64,000 bases of DNA from a virus (lineage: Duplodnaviria > Caudoviricetes). The notes below the pieces were generated by a model that did no database searches, was not told the DNA's origin, and was given only the letters and a program-made list of their open reading frames with translations. A program made the translations under genes and the position numbers. Shown here piece by piece: positions 50,742 to 60,309 of this stretch (the first letter of the stretch is position 1; each line of letters starts with the position of its first letter). The stretch lies in IMG/VR virus record IMGVR_UViG_3300027804_000057, positions 1 to 64,000 of that record; one strand, written 5' to 3'.

Positions 50742-52400
50742 ATGATTAAACTTTTTGGTTTTACTTTTGGTGACAAAGAAGTCGTTCAGGTTCAAAACCC
50801 GAACGAATCTTCTTTTGCTCTACCGACAAATGCAATAGATGATGGTGCAGTTACTATTACAGGTAACGCACACTATGGTACGTATGTTGATTTAGAGGGT
50901 TCAATTCGTAATGAGTTGGAACTAATCACACGTTACCGTGAAATGTCGAATCACCCTGAGCTTGAAATGGCTATTGACGAAATTGTCAATGAAGCTATTA
51001 CTCGTTCCGAAGAGGGCAAGATTCTTGATATCGTTATGGATAATCTGAAACAACCAGAATCGATTAAGAAAAAAATACGTGAAGAATTCAACAACGTTAT
51101 GCGTATGTTGAACTTTGCAAACCTTGCCGATGATTTATTCAAACGATGGTATATTGATGGTAGAATTTACTATCACATTATCGTTAACGAAAAGAATCCT
51201 AAAGAAGGCATTAAAGAATTACGTTACATCGACCCACGTAAAATTCGTAAGGTTCGAGAAGTACAAAAAGACCGTGATCCAAAAACTGGTGCATCGGTTA
51301 TTAAATCTATTGCTGAGTACTATGTCTATAATGACCGTGGTACCACAACACAAACATATACTGCCCAAGTTAATCAGGGATTGAGAATTTCTTCTGATGC
51401 AGTTATCAATATCAATTCTGGTTTGATGGATGCAAAGAATACATTTGTTATTTCTTATATTCACAAAGCAATCAAGCCACTTAATCAGTTGCGTATGATT
51501 GAAGATGCGGTAGTTATCTATCGTTTGTCTAGAGCACCAGAACGCCGCATTTTCTATATTGACGTTGGTAACTTACCAAAAGGTAAGGCTGAACAATATT
51601 TACGTGACGTTATGGTTAAGTATCGTAACAAGATGGTTTATGATGCTACGACTGGTGAACTGCGTGATGACCGCAAACACATGTCGATGTTAGAAGACTT
51701 TTGGTTACCTCGCCGTGAAGGTGGTAAAGGCACAGAGATTACAACGTTGCCAGCTGGTCAAAACCTTGGTGAGTTAGAAGACGTTAAGTATTTCAGAAAC
51801 AAACTGTTGAATGCATTGAACGTTCCAATTGCACGTTTAGAACCACAACAATCTGGTGGTATGATTGGCATTGGTAGAAGCACTGAAGTAACACGTGATG
51901 AAGCCAAGTTTGCAAAGTTTGTACAGAGACTACGTAATAAATTCACACACATCTTTGATGAAGCATTGAGTGTACAGTTGACACTTAAAGGTATTTGTAC
52001 CCGTGAAGAATGGGAAGAATTCAAAGAAGACATTTACTACGACTTCCAAAAAGATAATAACTTTGTTGAGTTGCGTGATGCTGAATTGTTACGTGAAAGA
52101 ATTAATTTGTTAACTCAAGTTGACCCATTTGTTGGCCGTTATTATTCTGCTGATTGGGTTAAACGTCATATCTTGCAATTGACTAAAGAACAAATTGAAG
52201 AGATGAATAAAGAGATTAAAAAAGAAGATGACGATGGTACTGGAGGTTCAGTGTTACAACAAGGTGGAGAACCACCCGTATCACCAGATGAATACCCACC
52301 AGTTGACAATACTGCTGATACAGCTGCAACAGAATCTATGACACCAATGTTGGATGCCGAGTTAGATAAATACTCATCAAGTATGATAAATAAGAAATAA
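50742..52400 (+). CDS. gp20: Portal vertex protein gp20
   Basis: LITRYREM..HPE, RWYIDGRIYYH, YRLSRAPERRIFYIDVGNLPK.KAEQYL, MLEDFWLPRREGGKGTEITTLP.GQNLG. Confidence 0.98.
   Translation: MIKLFGFTFGDKEVVQVQNPNESSFALPTNAIDDGAVTITGNAHYGTYVDLEGSIRNELELITRYREMSNHPELEMAIDEIVNEAITRSEEGKILDIVMDNLKQPESIKKKIREEFNNVMRMLNFANLADDLFKRWYIDGRIYYHIIVNEKNPKEGIKELRYIDPRKIRKVREVQKDRDPKTGASVIKSIAEYYVYNDRGTTTQTYTAQVNQGLRISSDAVININSGLMDAKNTFVISYIHKAIKPLNQLRMIEDAVVIYRLSRAPERRIFYIDVGNLPKGKAEQYLRDVMVKYRNKMVYDATTGELRDDRKHMSMLEDFWLPRREGGKGTEITTLPAGQNLGELEDVKYFRNKLLNALNVPIARLEPQQSGGMIGIGRSTEVTRDEAKFAKFVQRLRNKFTHIFDEALSVQLTLKGICTREEWEEFKEDIYYDFQKDNNFVELRDAELLRERINLLTQVDPFVGRYYSADWVKRHILQLTKEQIEEMNKEIKKEDDDGTGGSVLQQGGEPPVSPDEYPPVDNTADTAATESMTPMLDAELDKYSSSMINKK
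52385..52392 (+). promoter_or_regulatory. Putative late promoter GATAAATA upstream of the prohead-core genes
   Basis: 7/8 match at the 3' end of gp20, followed by a GGAG SD and the ATG at 52413. Confidence 0.45.
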
Positions 52401-52412
52401 TGGAGAATAATT

Positions 52413-52595
52413 ATGGATATTAAAAACTTTATTAATGCTTCAATTGAAGGTAATGCAGTCGAAGCACAACAAGCATTGAACGATGTAATCTCAGCACGTG
52501 CCATGGAAGCCTTGGCATCCCGTAAAACTGAGATCGCACAAAATTTGTATAACGGCAGAGAAGCAGAATCAACCGAAGAACAACAAGAAGTATGA
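52413..52595 (+). CDS. Small prohead core protein (gp67-like)
   Basis: 60 aa, directly after the portal; FI.A...GN.VEA..A....I.ARA.EAL..RK.EIA pattern. Confidence 0.6.
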   Translation: MDIKNFINASIEGNAVEAQQALNDVISARAMEALASRKTEIAQNLYNGREAESTEEQQEV

Positions 52596-53428
52596 AATCG
52601 TTACAAGAATTAAGAAACATTGTTGAGGAAGAGAAGAAGGACTATTCAAAGTTCGATGCTCTTGTGCGTGCTGGTTTAGGTAACAAAGCACAGATTCAAC
52701 GTTTGCATAATATTCTTGACAAGATGGGTGAAGAAAAGCCTAACTTTAATAACGCAGATAAAGAAATCATACGTAATATTTTTAACAAGATGGTTGATTT
52801 GATTACCAGTAATCCAAACATCAATCGTCAAGCTCGCCGTGCGGTATCAGAAGAACTTGAAGAAAGTTTAATTGATAGTTCCGATTATAAGATTGGACCA
52901 TCTGGCAAGAAAATTAAAGCGCATCGTATCGAAATTAAATCGGGTACTGAAAAGGCAAAAGACCAAGTGGTTGAAGCAGTTGAAGACAATGTAATTCCAC
53001 CATCGGATCCTCCATTTGTTTTATTGTTGAAACGTAGAGCAGTCAGATTGTTTCCTGATGGTACTAAGGTTGCCTTGTATTACAACGACAAACTTAAAAA
53101 AGTATTCTCAGTACCATTCAACTCACAATACATGGGTTACAACTCAATGGCACCAGTCATTCAGGCCGAAGGCATGGACGAACAAGGAGAGGTGTTGGAA
53201 GAGGCTGTCATGGATACTCTACATAAGATTGTATCCAACAAGTCGGCACAAAAAGTTAAGTTTGCTTCTGGTGAAACGAGAACAGTTGACCATTTCACAG
53301 CATCAGCACTCACACAAGTTCATGGTGCTTTGAATGATAATAATAAGAAGAAGTTTGCAGATATGGTGCATAAGTCACCTGGTCATTTTACAAAGGCTGC
53401 AGATTTTGCTTTCAGTAAATCAAAATGA
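52592..53428 (+). CDS. Hypothetical head-region protein (278 aa)
   Basis: ATGA overlap with the preceding gene; located between the portal and gp21. Confidence 0.6.
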   Translation: MKSLQELRNIVEEEKKDYSKFDALVRAGLGNKAQIQRLHNILDKMGEEKPNFNNADKEIIRNIFNKMVDLITSNPNINRQARRAVSEELEESLIDSSDYKIGPSGKKIKAHRIEIKSGTEKAKDQVVEAVEDNVIPPSDPPFVLLLKRRAVRLFPDGTKVALYYNDKLKKVFSVPFNSQYMGYNSMAPVIQAEGMDEQGEVLEEAVMDTLHKIVSNKSAQKVKFASGETRTVDHFTASALTQVHGALNDNNKKKFADMVHKSPGHFTKAADFAFSKSK

Positions 53429-53856
53429 CATTTATTGAAAGTATATTAAATAACAAACTAACCGAGGCAAAAGATAAATTATTTGCACGGTTAAATGAGG
53501 TTGCTTCTGAGAAATTAACAGAAGCAAAAGGTCATATTGCTCATATCGTATATGAAGAAGTGGAAGACTTGGATGAAGGCAACATTGTTAAAACTGGTAG
53601 AGTACAGAGAATCAAAAGACGTATCAGAAGAAACAAACAAGGCCGAATCATTCTTCAACGCAATGTACGTAGGTCAGCAATTAAAGGATATAGACTTTCT
53701 GGAAATACGGTAAAAAGAATACCTGCTGCACAAAGATTGCACAAAGCCAGAATGTTAAAAAGATATTGGAAAACTAAAGGCCGTTCAAAGATGAATAGAG
53801 TTTTATTAAAAAGAAAAATGTCTATGCGCCGCCGCAAATCAATGGGAATAAAATAA
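53425..53856 (+). CDS. Prohead core protein (gp68-like) with a highly basic C-terminal half
   Basis: Acidic helical N-terminus, then an Arg/Lys-rich segment (RIKRRIRR...KRKMSMRRRKSMG); position upstream of gp21. Confidence 0.65.
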   Translation: MTFIESILNNKLTEAKDKLFARLNEVASEKLTEAKGHIAHIVYEEVEDLDEGNIVKTGRVQRIKRRIRRNKQGRIILQRNVRRSAIKGYRLSGNTVKRIPAAQRLHKARMLKRYWKTKGRSKMNRVLLKRKMSMRRRKSMGIK

Positions 53857-53857
53857 T

Positions 53858-54223
53858 ATGGCATACGAAATTATTAACACAAAAAGATCCCGCTCGATTA
53901 TCAGAATTACTGGTAATACGGCAACAACTATTCCGTTGACTTCACTTGCAACAGATGCCAATGAAGTTATCACAGCTGCATCGATTGCACACATTATTAC
54001 CTCTTCTGATGGATGGATTCGCATCTATCGTGGTGATAATACATCTGCACCATTGGTTGTTGCAATGTATCAGTCAAATGACTTACCATTGACACAGTAT
54101 GATATCTCTTTGGCAAATACACCTTCTGCCAATTTACATATCACCAACAGTGGTACTGATGGTACTGTGATTCTATCAGTTACTAAATCTGCAACTTATG
54201 CAACACCATTAGTAGGTATCTAA
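53858..54223 (+). CDS. Hypothetical beta-rich virion protein (121 aa)
   Basis: Clean, tightly packed ORF between the gp68-like gene and gp21. Confidence 0.55.
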   Translation: MAYEIINTKRSRSIIRITGNTATTIPLTSLATDANEVITAASIAHIITSSDGWIRIYRGDNTSAPLVVAMYQSNDLPLTQYDISLANTPSANLHITNSGTDGTVILSVTKSATYATPLVGI

Positions 54224-54224
54224 A

Positions 54225-54875
54225 ATGAAACTAATTACAGAAAGAATTGAGAGCGTAAAGTATCTCACTGAAGCAACAGAAAAAGGTAAAAAGAACCTTT
54301 ATATTGAAGGTACTTTCCTTGTTGCTGAAAAAGTTAATCGTAATAACCGCATGTACAAGATGGATACATTGCGTAAAGAAGTTAAACGTTATAACGAAGA
54401 ATTTGTTAAAACAAACCGTGCATTGGGAGAACTTGGTCATCCAGACACACCGACTCTCAACTTGGAACGAGTATCACATAAGATTGTATCTTTGACTGAA
54501 GATGGCAATTCATTTTATGGTAAGGCATTGATCCTAGATACTCCATACGGAAATATTGTTAAGAATTTTATTGAGAATGATGTTAACTTGGGTGTATCTT
54601 CTAGAGCTATGGGTTCTGTAACCATGACTAGAGAAGGTTACAACTTGGTACAAGACGATTTGCGTTTGGCTACGGCTGCCGATATCGTTGCGGATCCATC
54701 AGCTCCAGGTGCATTTGTTAACGGAATTATGGAGGGTAAAGAATGGCTATTCGTTGAGGGACGATTCGTGGAAGTAGACATAGATAATGCTAAGAGAGCC
54801 ATACGAAATGCTCCACAAAAACAATTAGAAGCAGTTGCATTGCAGCTGTTTGAAAATTTCATCAGAAAACTTTAA
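54225..54875 (+). CDS. gp21: Prohead protease gp21
   Basis: LYIEG.FL...NRNNRMY, RALGELGHP, GVSSRAMGS, DIVADPSAPGAFV.GIMEGKEW. Confidence 0.97.
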   Translation: MKLITERIESVKYLTEATEKGKKNLYIEGTFLVAEKVNRNNRMYKMDTLRKEVKRYNEEFVKTNRALGELGHPDTPTLNLERVSHKIVSLTEDGNSFYGKALILDTPYGNIVKNFIENDVNLGVSSRAMGSVTMTREGYNLVQDDLRLATAADIVADPSAPGAFVNGIMEGKEWLFVEGRFVEVDIDNAKRAIRNAPQKQLEAVALQLFENFIRKL

Positions 54876-54878
54876 TTT

Positions 54879-54886
54879 TATAAATA
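54879..54886 (+). promoter_or_regulatory. T4-type late promoter TATAAATA upstream of gp22
   Basis: Exact consensus, intergenic, with an AAGGAG SD downstream. Confidence 0.8.
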
Positions 54887-54908
54887 AGATATCATAAGGA
54901 GAATCCTA

Positions 54909-55934
54909 ATGCCTAAAAACAAACTAATGGAAGCAGCAGCTGAAATTCTTTCCTCTGGAAAGAGTAAAGCGTCAGCAATGCCACCACAAAAATTACCTGG
55001 TGAGGAGGTCGACCTAGGCGGACCAACACCCCAGAATGCGAAGCCAGATGATGACTCGCACAAGATCGATGCTACTAAGGCAGCTAAGAGCGCAACCGCT
55101 CCGACAACAAAGCCTTCTGCAGCTTCTGCTGACACTCAACTAAAAATGAGAGAAGAAGAAGAAATCGAAGGTACTGTTGTGTCTGAGTACCGAGTTAATG
55201 CTAAAGACGACATTGATGCTTTGTTTGCCGATGACCAAAACATCTCTGAAGAATTCAAATCTAAAGTTACTACGATTTTTGAAGCACGTGTTATTGACCG
55301 CATTCAACAAATCGAAGAACAAACTGAAGCTAAGTATGCCGGTATGCTTGAAGAAGCTATCGAGTCTGTACGCACTCAGTTAGAAGAAAAAGTAGACGAC
55401 TATGTTAACTACGTAGTTGAACAATGGCTAGAAGAAAACGCAATCGCTATCGAATCCGGTTTGCGTGCTGAATTGGCCGAAGACTTTATTTCTGGTCTAC
55501 ACAAATTGTTTGCTGAGAACTACATCAATGTACCTGAAGACAAGGTAGAATTGGTTGATGAGTTGGCAACTAAAGTGGAACAGTTAGAGTCCAAATTAAA
55601 TGAAGAAATTGAAAAGAGCATCGGTTACAAGAAGTCTTTAATCGAAGCCACAAAACAAGAAGTTACCCGTTCTGTTTGCGAAGGCCTAACAGAAACTCAA
55701 GTTGAAAAAATCAAATCGCTTGCAGAGAGCGTTGAATTCTCCACAGAGGAAGAATACCAAAACAAACTTGAGACAATCCGTGAAAACTACTTCCCATCTG
55801 GTGTTAAAAAGGCAGACGAAGAGCAACTACACGAACAGGTATCTGCAGAAGACGCAGGCGAAACTAAGAAACAAGTAAGTGCCGACCCATATGTGTCATC
55901 TGTTGCTAACGCTATTTCTAAAACCAAACTATAA
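54909..55934 (+). CDS. gp22: Prohead core scaffold protein gp22
   Basis: EEFKSKVTTIFEA.V, KVDDYVNYVVEQW.EEN.IAIESGLR, F..GL..LF.E.YI.VP; acidic coiled coil. Confidence 0.93.
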   Translation: MPKNKLMEAAAEILSSGKSKASAMPPQKLPGEEVDLGGPTPQNAKPDDDSHKIDATKAAKSATAPTTKPSAASADTQLKMREEEEIEGTVVSEYRVNAKDDIDALFADDQNISEEFKSKVTTIFEARVIDRIQQIEEQTEAKYAGMLEEAIESVRTQLEEKVDDYVNYVVEQWLEENAIAIESGLRAELAEDFISGLHKLFAENYINVPEDKVELVDELATKVEQLESKLNEEIEKSIGYKKSLIEATKQEVTRSVCEGLTETQVEKIKSLAESVEFSTEEEYQNKLETIRENYFPSGVKKADEEQLHEQVSAEDAGETKKQVSADPYVSSVANAISKTKL

Positions 55935-55954
55935 ATTAATCAAGGAGATTAAAT

Positions 55955-57292
55955 ATGTTACTTTCTGAACAACTTCAGACCAAATGGGCAACGGTCATTG
56001 ACCACCCAGAACTACCAAAAATTACTGACCCATACCGCAAGGCTGTGACTGCTGTTATTCTTGAGAATCAAGCTCAAGAAATGCAGAAGCAATCTGGTAT
56101 GATGATGGAAACTGCACCAACCAATTCTTTGGGTGGCACAGGTTATTCCGGTGGTTCTACTGCAACAGGCCCTGTTGCCGGTTTCGATCCAATCCTAATC
56201 AGCTTGGTTCGCCGTTCTTTGCCTAACCTTATCGCTTATGATATCGCTGGCGTTCAACCAATGACAGGCCCAACAGGATTGATCTTTGCAATGCGTTCTA
56301 CTTACGGTACTAACCGTGATGTGAATGGCGGTGCTGTCGAAGCTTTCTACAATGAAGCCAACACTGGTTTCTCTGGTGATAAAGCTACACAAACAGCTAT
56401 TTCTATGGCTGCTAATACTGCTTTGGGTAACCAAAACGTTTTTGCTTCTACAGTTACAACTGGCGGTGCAATGGCAACTTCTGTTGCTGAAGATTTGACA
56501 TTCAATGAAATGGGCTTCTCAATTGAGAAAGTTTCTGTTACTGCAAAGTCACGTGCTTTGAAGGCAGAGTACTCAATGGAATTGGCACAAGACTTGAAGG
56601 CAGTTCATGGTCTAGACGCAGAAACAGAATTGGCAAACATCTTGTCAACTGAAATTCTTGCTGAAATTAACCGTGAAGTTATCCGTACAATTTACTCTGT
56701 TGCTAAAGTTGGTGCTCAAGTTGGTACTACTACTGCAGGTACATTTGACTTGGATACAGACTCCAACGGTCGCTGGATGGTTGAAAAGATTAAAGGTTTG
56801 GCATTCCAATTGGAACGTGAAGCTAATACAATCGCTAAGACAACCCGTCGTGGTAAAGGTAACGTGATGATCTGTTCATCTGACGTTGCTTCTGCTTTGG
56901 CAATGGCTGGTCTTTTGGACTACCAATCTGCTTTGAACAGCCAAGTTAACTTGACAGTTGACGATACTGGCAATACATTTGCTGGTACATTGTTCGGTCG
57001 TATCAAAGTGTACATCGATCCATATTTCGCTGCTAACTCCACATCCGAGTTTGCCGTTATGGGTTATAAGGGTTCTAACGCATATGACGCAGGTATTTTC
57101 TACTGCCCATACGTTCCTCTACAAATGGTTCGTGCAGTTGATACAAACAACTTCCAACCAAAGATTGGCTTCAAGACACGTTATGGTCTAGTTGCTAACC
57201 CATTTGCAGAAGGTGCTACACAAGGCGTTGGCGCATTGACCGCTAGAGCTAACTTGTACTATCGTGCATTCAAGATTTCTAACTTGATGTAA
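55955..57292 (+). CDS. gp23: Major capsid protein gp23
   Basis: FDPILISLVRRSLPNLIAYDI.GVQPMTGPTGLIFAMR, AKSRALKAEYSMELAQDLKAVHGLDAE.EL, FQPKIGFKTRYG. Confidence 0.99.
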   Translation: MLLSEQLQTKWATVIDHPELPKITDPYRKAVTAVILENQAQEMQKQSGMMMETAPTNSLGGTGYSGGSTATGPVAGFDPILISLVRRSLPNLIAYDIAGVQPMTGPTGLIFAMRSTYGTNRDVNGGAVEAFYNEANTGFSGDKATQTAISMAANTALGNQNVFASTVTTGGAMATSVAEDLTFNEMGFSIEKVSVTAKSRALKAEYSMELAQDLKAVHGLDAETELANILSTEILAEINREVIRTIYSVAKVGAQVGTTTAGTFDLDTDSNGRWMVEKIKGLAFQLEREANTIAKTTRRGKGNVMICSSDVASALAMAGLLDYQSALNSQVNLTVDDTGNTFAGTLFGRIKVYIDPYFAANSTSEFAVMGYKGSNAYDAGIFYCPYVPLQMVRAVDTNNFQPKIGFKTRYGLVANPFAEGATQGVGALTARANLYYRAFKISNLM

Positions 57293-57320
57293 TAGAAACC
57301 CCGTTAAGAGGGTTACTTAA

Positions 57321-57352
57321 AAGAGAGGGTCGAAAGACCTTCTCTTTTTTTT
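57321..57352 (+). terminator. Intrinsic terminator after gp23
   Basis: Stem AAGAGAGGGTC, GAAA tetraloop, stem GACCTTCTCTT (one G-U pair), then a T run. Confidence 0.9.
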
Positions 57353-57367
57353 CGCCTAAATATACGT

Positions 57368-57904
57368 ATGACAGCACTAACAAGAAACCCATCAAATCCA
57401 AATTTAATTCATCCAAATAAATTTGAGTTAAATTTTGGTCGACTACCAAACATGCAGTACTTTTGCCAAACGGTAACAGTACCTGGAGTTTCATTGTCGG
57501 AAATACCAAAGCCAACACCTTTTGTTGACATGTACATTCCAGGTGAGAAAGCCATCTATGACTTGTTAAACGTAACCTTTATGGTTGACGAAGAACTACA
57601 GGCATGGAAAGAAGTACACGATTGGATTCGTGCCATGACATTCCCTAAAGATTACTCTGAGTATCAAAACTTGGCAAACTTGAATCGATATTCAACTTTA
57701 GGTAAAACTACAGGTCCCCAATATTCTGATGCAACAATTACCATATTGTCATCATCAAATATTCCATTGTACCGATTTAAATTCTACGAAGTATTCCCAA
57801 CAAGCATATCTTCATTCGCCATGTCATCTACCGACACGCCAGAGAATATCATTACTGCCGATGCCACATTCAGATTTACCTATTACGATATTGACAAACT
57901 GTAA
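57368..57904 (+). CDS. gp3: Tail completion / tube terminator gp3
   Basis: P.KF.L...P.MQYFCQ.V..PGVSL, L.VTFMVDE.L..W.EVHDW, F.EVFPTSIS...ADATFRFTYY. Confidence 0.88.
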   Translation: MTALTRNPSNPNLIHPNKFELNFGRLPNMQYFCQTVTVPGVSLSEIPKPTPFVDMYIPGEKAIYDLLNVTFMVDEELQAWKEVHDWIRAMTFPKDYSEYQNLANLNRYSTLGKTTGPQYSDATITILSSSNIPLYRFKFYEVFPTSISSFAMSSTDTPENIITADATFRFTYYDIDKL

Positions 57905-57919
57905 TTTATAATGTATACT
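57891..57919 (+). promoter_or_regulatory. Sigma70-type promoter for uvsY-uvsW
   Basis: TTGACA (57891-96), 17-bp spacer, TATACT (57914-19); AGGAGG SD before the ATG at 57937. Confidence 0.75.
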
Positions 57920-57936
57920 CCTAACTAGGAGGCTCT

Positions 57937-58374
57937 ATGACTAAACTTGAAGAACTGTTGGAGATGTGGCGTAAAGATGCACAGATTGACCGCACACAAC
58001 CCAACGTTGAACTGATTAATATTCCACAACTACACTCGAAGTACTTGACTATCATGTCAAAGCACAGACTTCTTTCTAAAGAAGCTGAGTTTAAGTTTAA
58101 CAAATATAAAAAAATAAAGTGGGAATATTATACAGGCAAAATGGATGATGACGAATTAAAAAAATACGGATGGGAACCATTTCCATTTGTACTCAAATCC
58201 GACATTACTACATACTTTGATAGTGATGAAGATTTAAACAAACTCTCTGCCAGCAAAATAATGCATGATGAAATAGTTGATGTTTGCCAAAGTATTATGA
58301 AGGAACTCAACAGTCGTACATTTCAGTTACGTGACTATATTGCTTGGGAGAGGTTCATACAAGGCATAGGTTAA
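57937..58374 (+). CDS. uvsY: Recombination mediator UvsY
   Basis: W.KD..ID...IPQLHSKYL, KWEYYTGK, PFPFVLKSD...D.DL, ELNSR.FQLRD.I.W.RF..G. Confidence 0.9.
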   Translation: MTKLEELLEMWRKDAQIDRTQPNVELINIPQLHSKYLTIMSKHRLLSKEAEFKFNKYKKIKWEYYTGKMDDDELKKYGWEPFPFVLKSDITTYFDSDEDLNKLSASKIMHDEIVDVCQSIMKELNSRTFQLRDYIAWERFIQGIG

Positions 58375-59837
58375 TGGCAGATTTGATATTAAAAAAACTT
58401 AATGAAGCTTACATTAGGTTTGAATGTGAAAGAAACATAGCACAAGAGTTAAGTGATTATTTCACATTCTATGTTCCAGGTTACCAGTTTACTCCTGCTT
58501 ATAAGTCTCGCATATGGGACGGCAAGATTAGATTGGCAGACCTAAGAACATTTAATATCTATCATGGTCTAGTTCCATACATTCAAAAGTTTTGTGAAGA
58601 ACGTGAATACACATTAGAACTGGAAAAAGAAGTTAATATCACAACTAACTTCTCTGTACACGAAGCAAAAGAATTCATTACATCATTAAATTTGCCACTA
58701 GAGGTACGTGATTACCAACTAGATGCATTTGTAAAAGCCATTCGTAACAAACGAATGTTGTTATTATCACCAACAGCATCAGGCAAATCTCTTATATTGT
58801 ATCTCATTCTTTCTAAGATACAAGAACAGAATCACTCTAAAGGTTTATTAATTGTACCAACCACATCATTGGTTGAACAAATGTATTCTGATTTTAAGTC
58901 ATATGGTTATGATGTTGATACGTATTGTCACCGACAGTATGCAGGTAAAGATAAACACACAGATAAGTTTTTAACTATCACAACATGGCAATCTATTTAC
59001 AACAGAGAGAAAGAATACTTTGAACAGTTTGATTATGTACTAGGTGATGAGGCCCACCAGTTTAAAGCAAAGTCTCTGACAACCATACTATCTGGTTGTG
59101 TGAATGCGTCCATGCGTGTTGGATGTACTGGAACATTAGATGGCACTCAGACACACAGATTAGTATTAGAAGGTTTGTTTGGTGCAGTTCATAAGGCAAC
59201 AACAACTAAAGAATTGATTGAAAACAAACATGCTGCTGATTTTAAAATCAAATGTATTGTACTAAAATATCCAGATGTTGTATGTAAAGAATCCAGAAAT
59301 TGGGATTACAATGCTGAAATGGATTACATTGTTGCTAGTAGAAAAAGAAATGATTTCATTAAGAATCTAACTCTATCGTTAGAAGGTAACACACTTGTAT
59401 TATTCCAATATGTGGATAAACATGGCAAGTTTTTATATGAACACATCAAAGACAGTAACATAGATAGAACAATATCTTTTGTTTATGGTGGTACTGATGT
59501 AGAAGAACGTGAGAATGTTCGTGCCGTAACAGAAAAAGAAACTAATGCAATCATTGTTGCATCTTATGGTACATTCTCTACTGGTATTAATATTCGTAAT
59601 CTACACAATGTAATATTTGCATCACCATCTAAGTCCAGGATTAGAAACTTACAATCTATTGGCCGTGTATTACGATTAGGTGATAACAAAGACCAAGCTG
59701 TGTTATATGATATCGCAGATGATTTTAGAACAGGCAAACATACCAATTATACCTTGCATCATTTCGTAGAACGTGTTAAAATATACGATGAAGAGAAATT
59801 TGAATATAAATTTTACAACGTAGATATAAAAGAATGA
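58374..59837 (+). CDS. uvsW: SF2 DNA helicase UvsW
   Basis: Start MADLI at 58374 overlaps the uvsY stop. WDGKIRL, RDYQ, SPTASGKS, GDEAHQFKAKSL, FSTGINI.NLHN, QSIGRVLR. Confidence 0.96.
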   Translation: MADLILKKLNEAYIRFECERNIAQELSDYFTFYVPGYQFTPAYKSRIWDGKIRLADLRTFNIYHGLVPYIQKFCEEREYTLELEKEVNITTNFSVHEAKEFITSLNLPLEVRDYQLDAFVKAIRNKRMLLLSPTASGKSLILYLILSKIQEQNHSKGLLIVPTTSLVEQMYSDFKSYGYDVDTYCHRQYAGKDKHTDKFLTITTWQSIYNREKEYFEQFDYVLGDEAHQFKAKSLTTILSGCVNASMRVGCTGTLDGTQTHRLVLEGLFGAVHKATTTKELIENKHAADFKIKCIVLKYPDVVCKESRNWDYNAEMDYIVASRKRNDFIKNLTLSLEGNTLVLFQYVDKHGKFLYEHIKDSNIDRTISFVYGGTDVEERENVRAVTEKETNAIIVASYGTFSTGINIRNLHNVIFASPSKSRIRNLQSIGRVLRLGDNKDQAVLYDIADDFRTGKHTNYTLHHFVERVKIYDEEKFEYKFYNVDIKE

Positions 59838-60241
59838 ACAACGAATTATCAATTAAACTCTTTAGATTGGCAACAGGCGATGACATTATCTCCGCATTTG
59901 TTGAAGACATAGAGTCCAATAGTGTTATTCTGCAACACCCTATGAAATTAGTTTTTCGTAGGATTCCAACTGGTGCAACTATATTGGCTATGATGCCATG
60001 GTTGCCTAGTGAGTTGATTAAAGTCGATGCCGCTGTCATCGACCTTGCAGAAATTGTGACTATATTGGAATTGAAAGATGATATGGTTGATTACTACCTG
60101 AATGTAGTAGAGAAATTTTTGTTATCTACTGAAAACTCGGAAGAGATTTTTAGAGAGAGATTACTTGGTGCAATGGATCATTCTGAATTGGATAACCTAG
60201 AACAAGTAATGGAAGAGAAAACTAACAGTGTAATCCATTAA
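59834..60241 (+). CDS. Hypothetical protein, possibly Sm-like beta fold
   Basis: IKLFRLATGDDII pattern; located between uvsW and gp55. Confidence 0.6.
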   Translation: MNNELSIKLFRLATGDDIISAFVEDIESNSVILQHPMKLVFRRIPTGATILAMMPWLPSELIKVDAAVIDLAEIVTILELKDDMVDYYLNVVEKFLLSTENSEEIFRERLLGAMDHSELDNLEQVMEEKTNSVIH

Positions 60242-60261
60242 CATGAAACAGCAACACCGCA

Positions 60262-60291
60262 ATTATATGATTAAACCAACCAACGTGTCAA
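60262..60291 (-). promoter_or_regulatory. Antisense sigma70-consensus promoter in the gp55 upstream region
   Basis: The minus strand reads TTGACA (60291-60286), 18-bp spacer, TATAAT (60267-60262). Confidence 0.55.
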
Positions 60292-60309
60292 GCGTTAAAT
60301 AAGGCAAAT

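Noticed and set aside
57293-57367. tRNA or other structured RNA gene after gp23
   Set aside because: Only a weak short hairpin and a terminator are present. No cloverleaf was seen here or in other intergenic gaps.
57891-57912. TTGACA paired with the perfect TATAAT at 57907-57912
   Set aside because: The spacer would be only 10 bp; the TATACT at 57914-57919 gives the canonical 17 bp.
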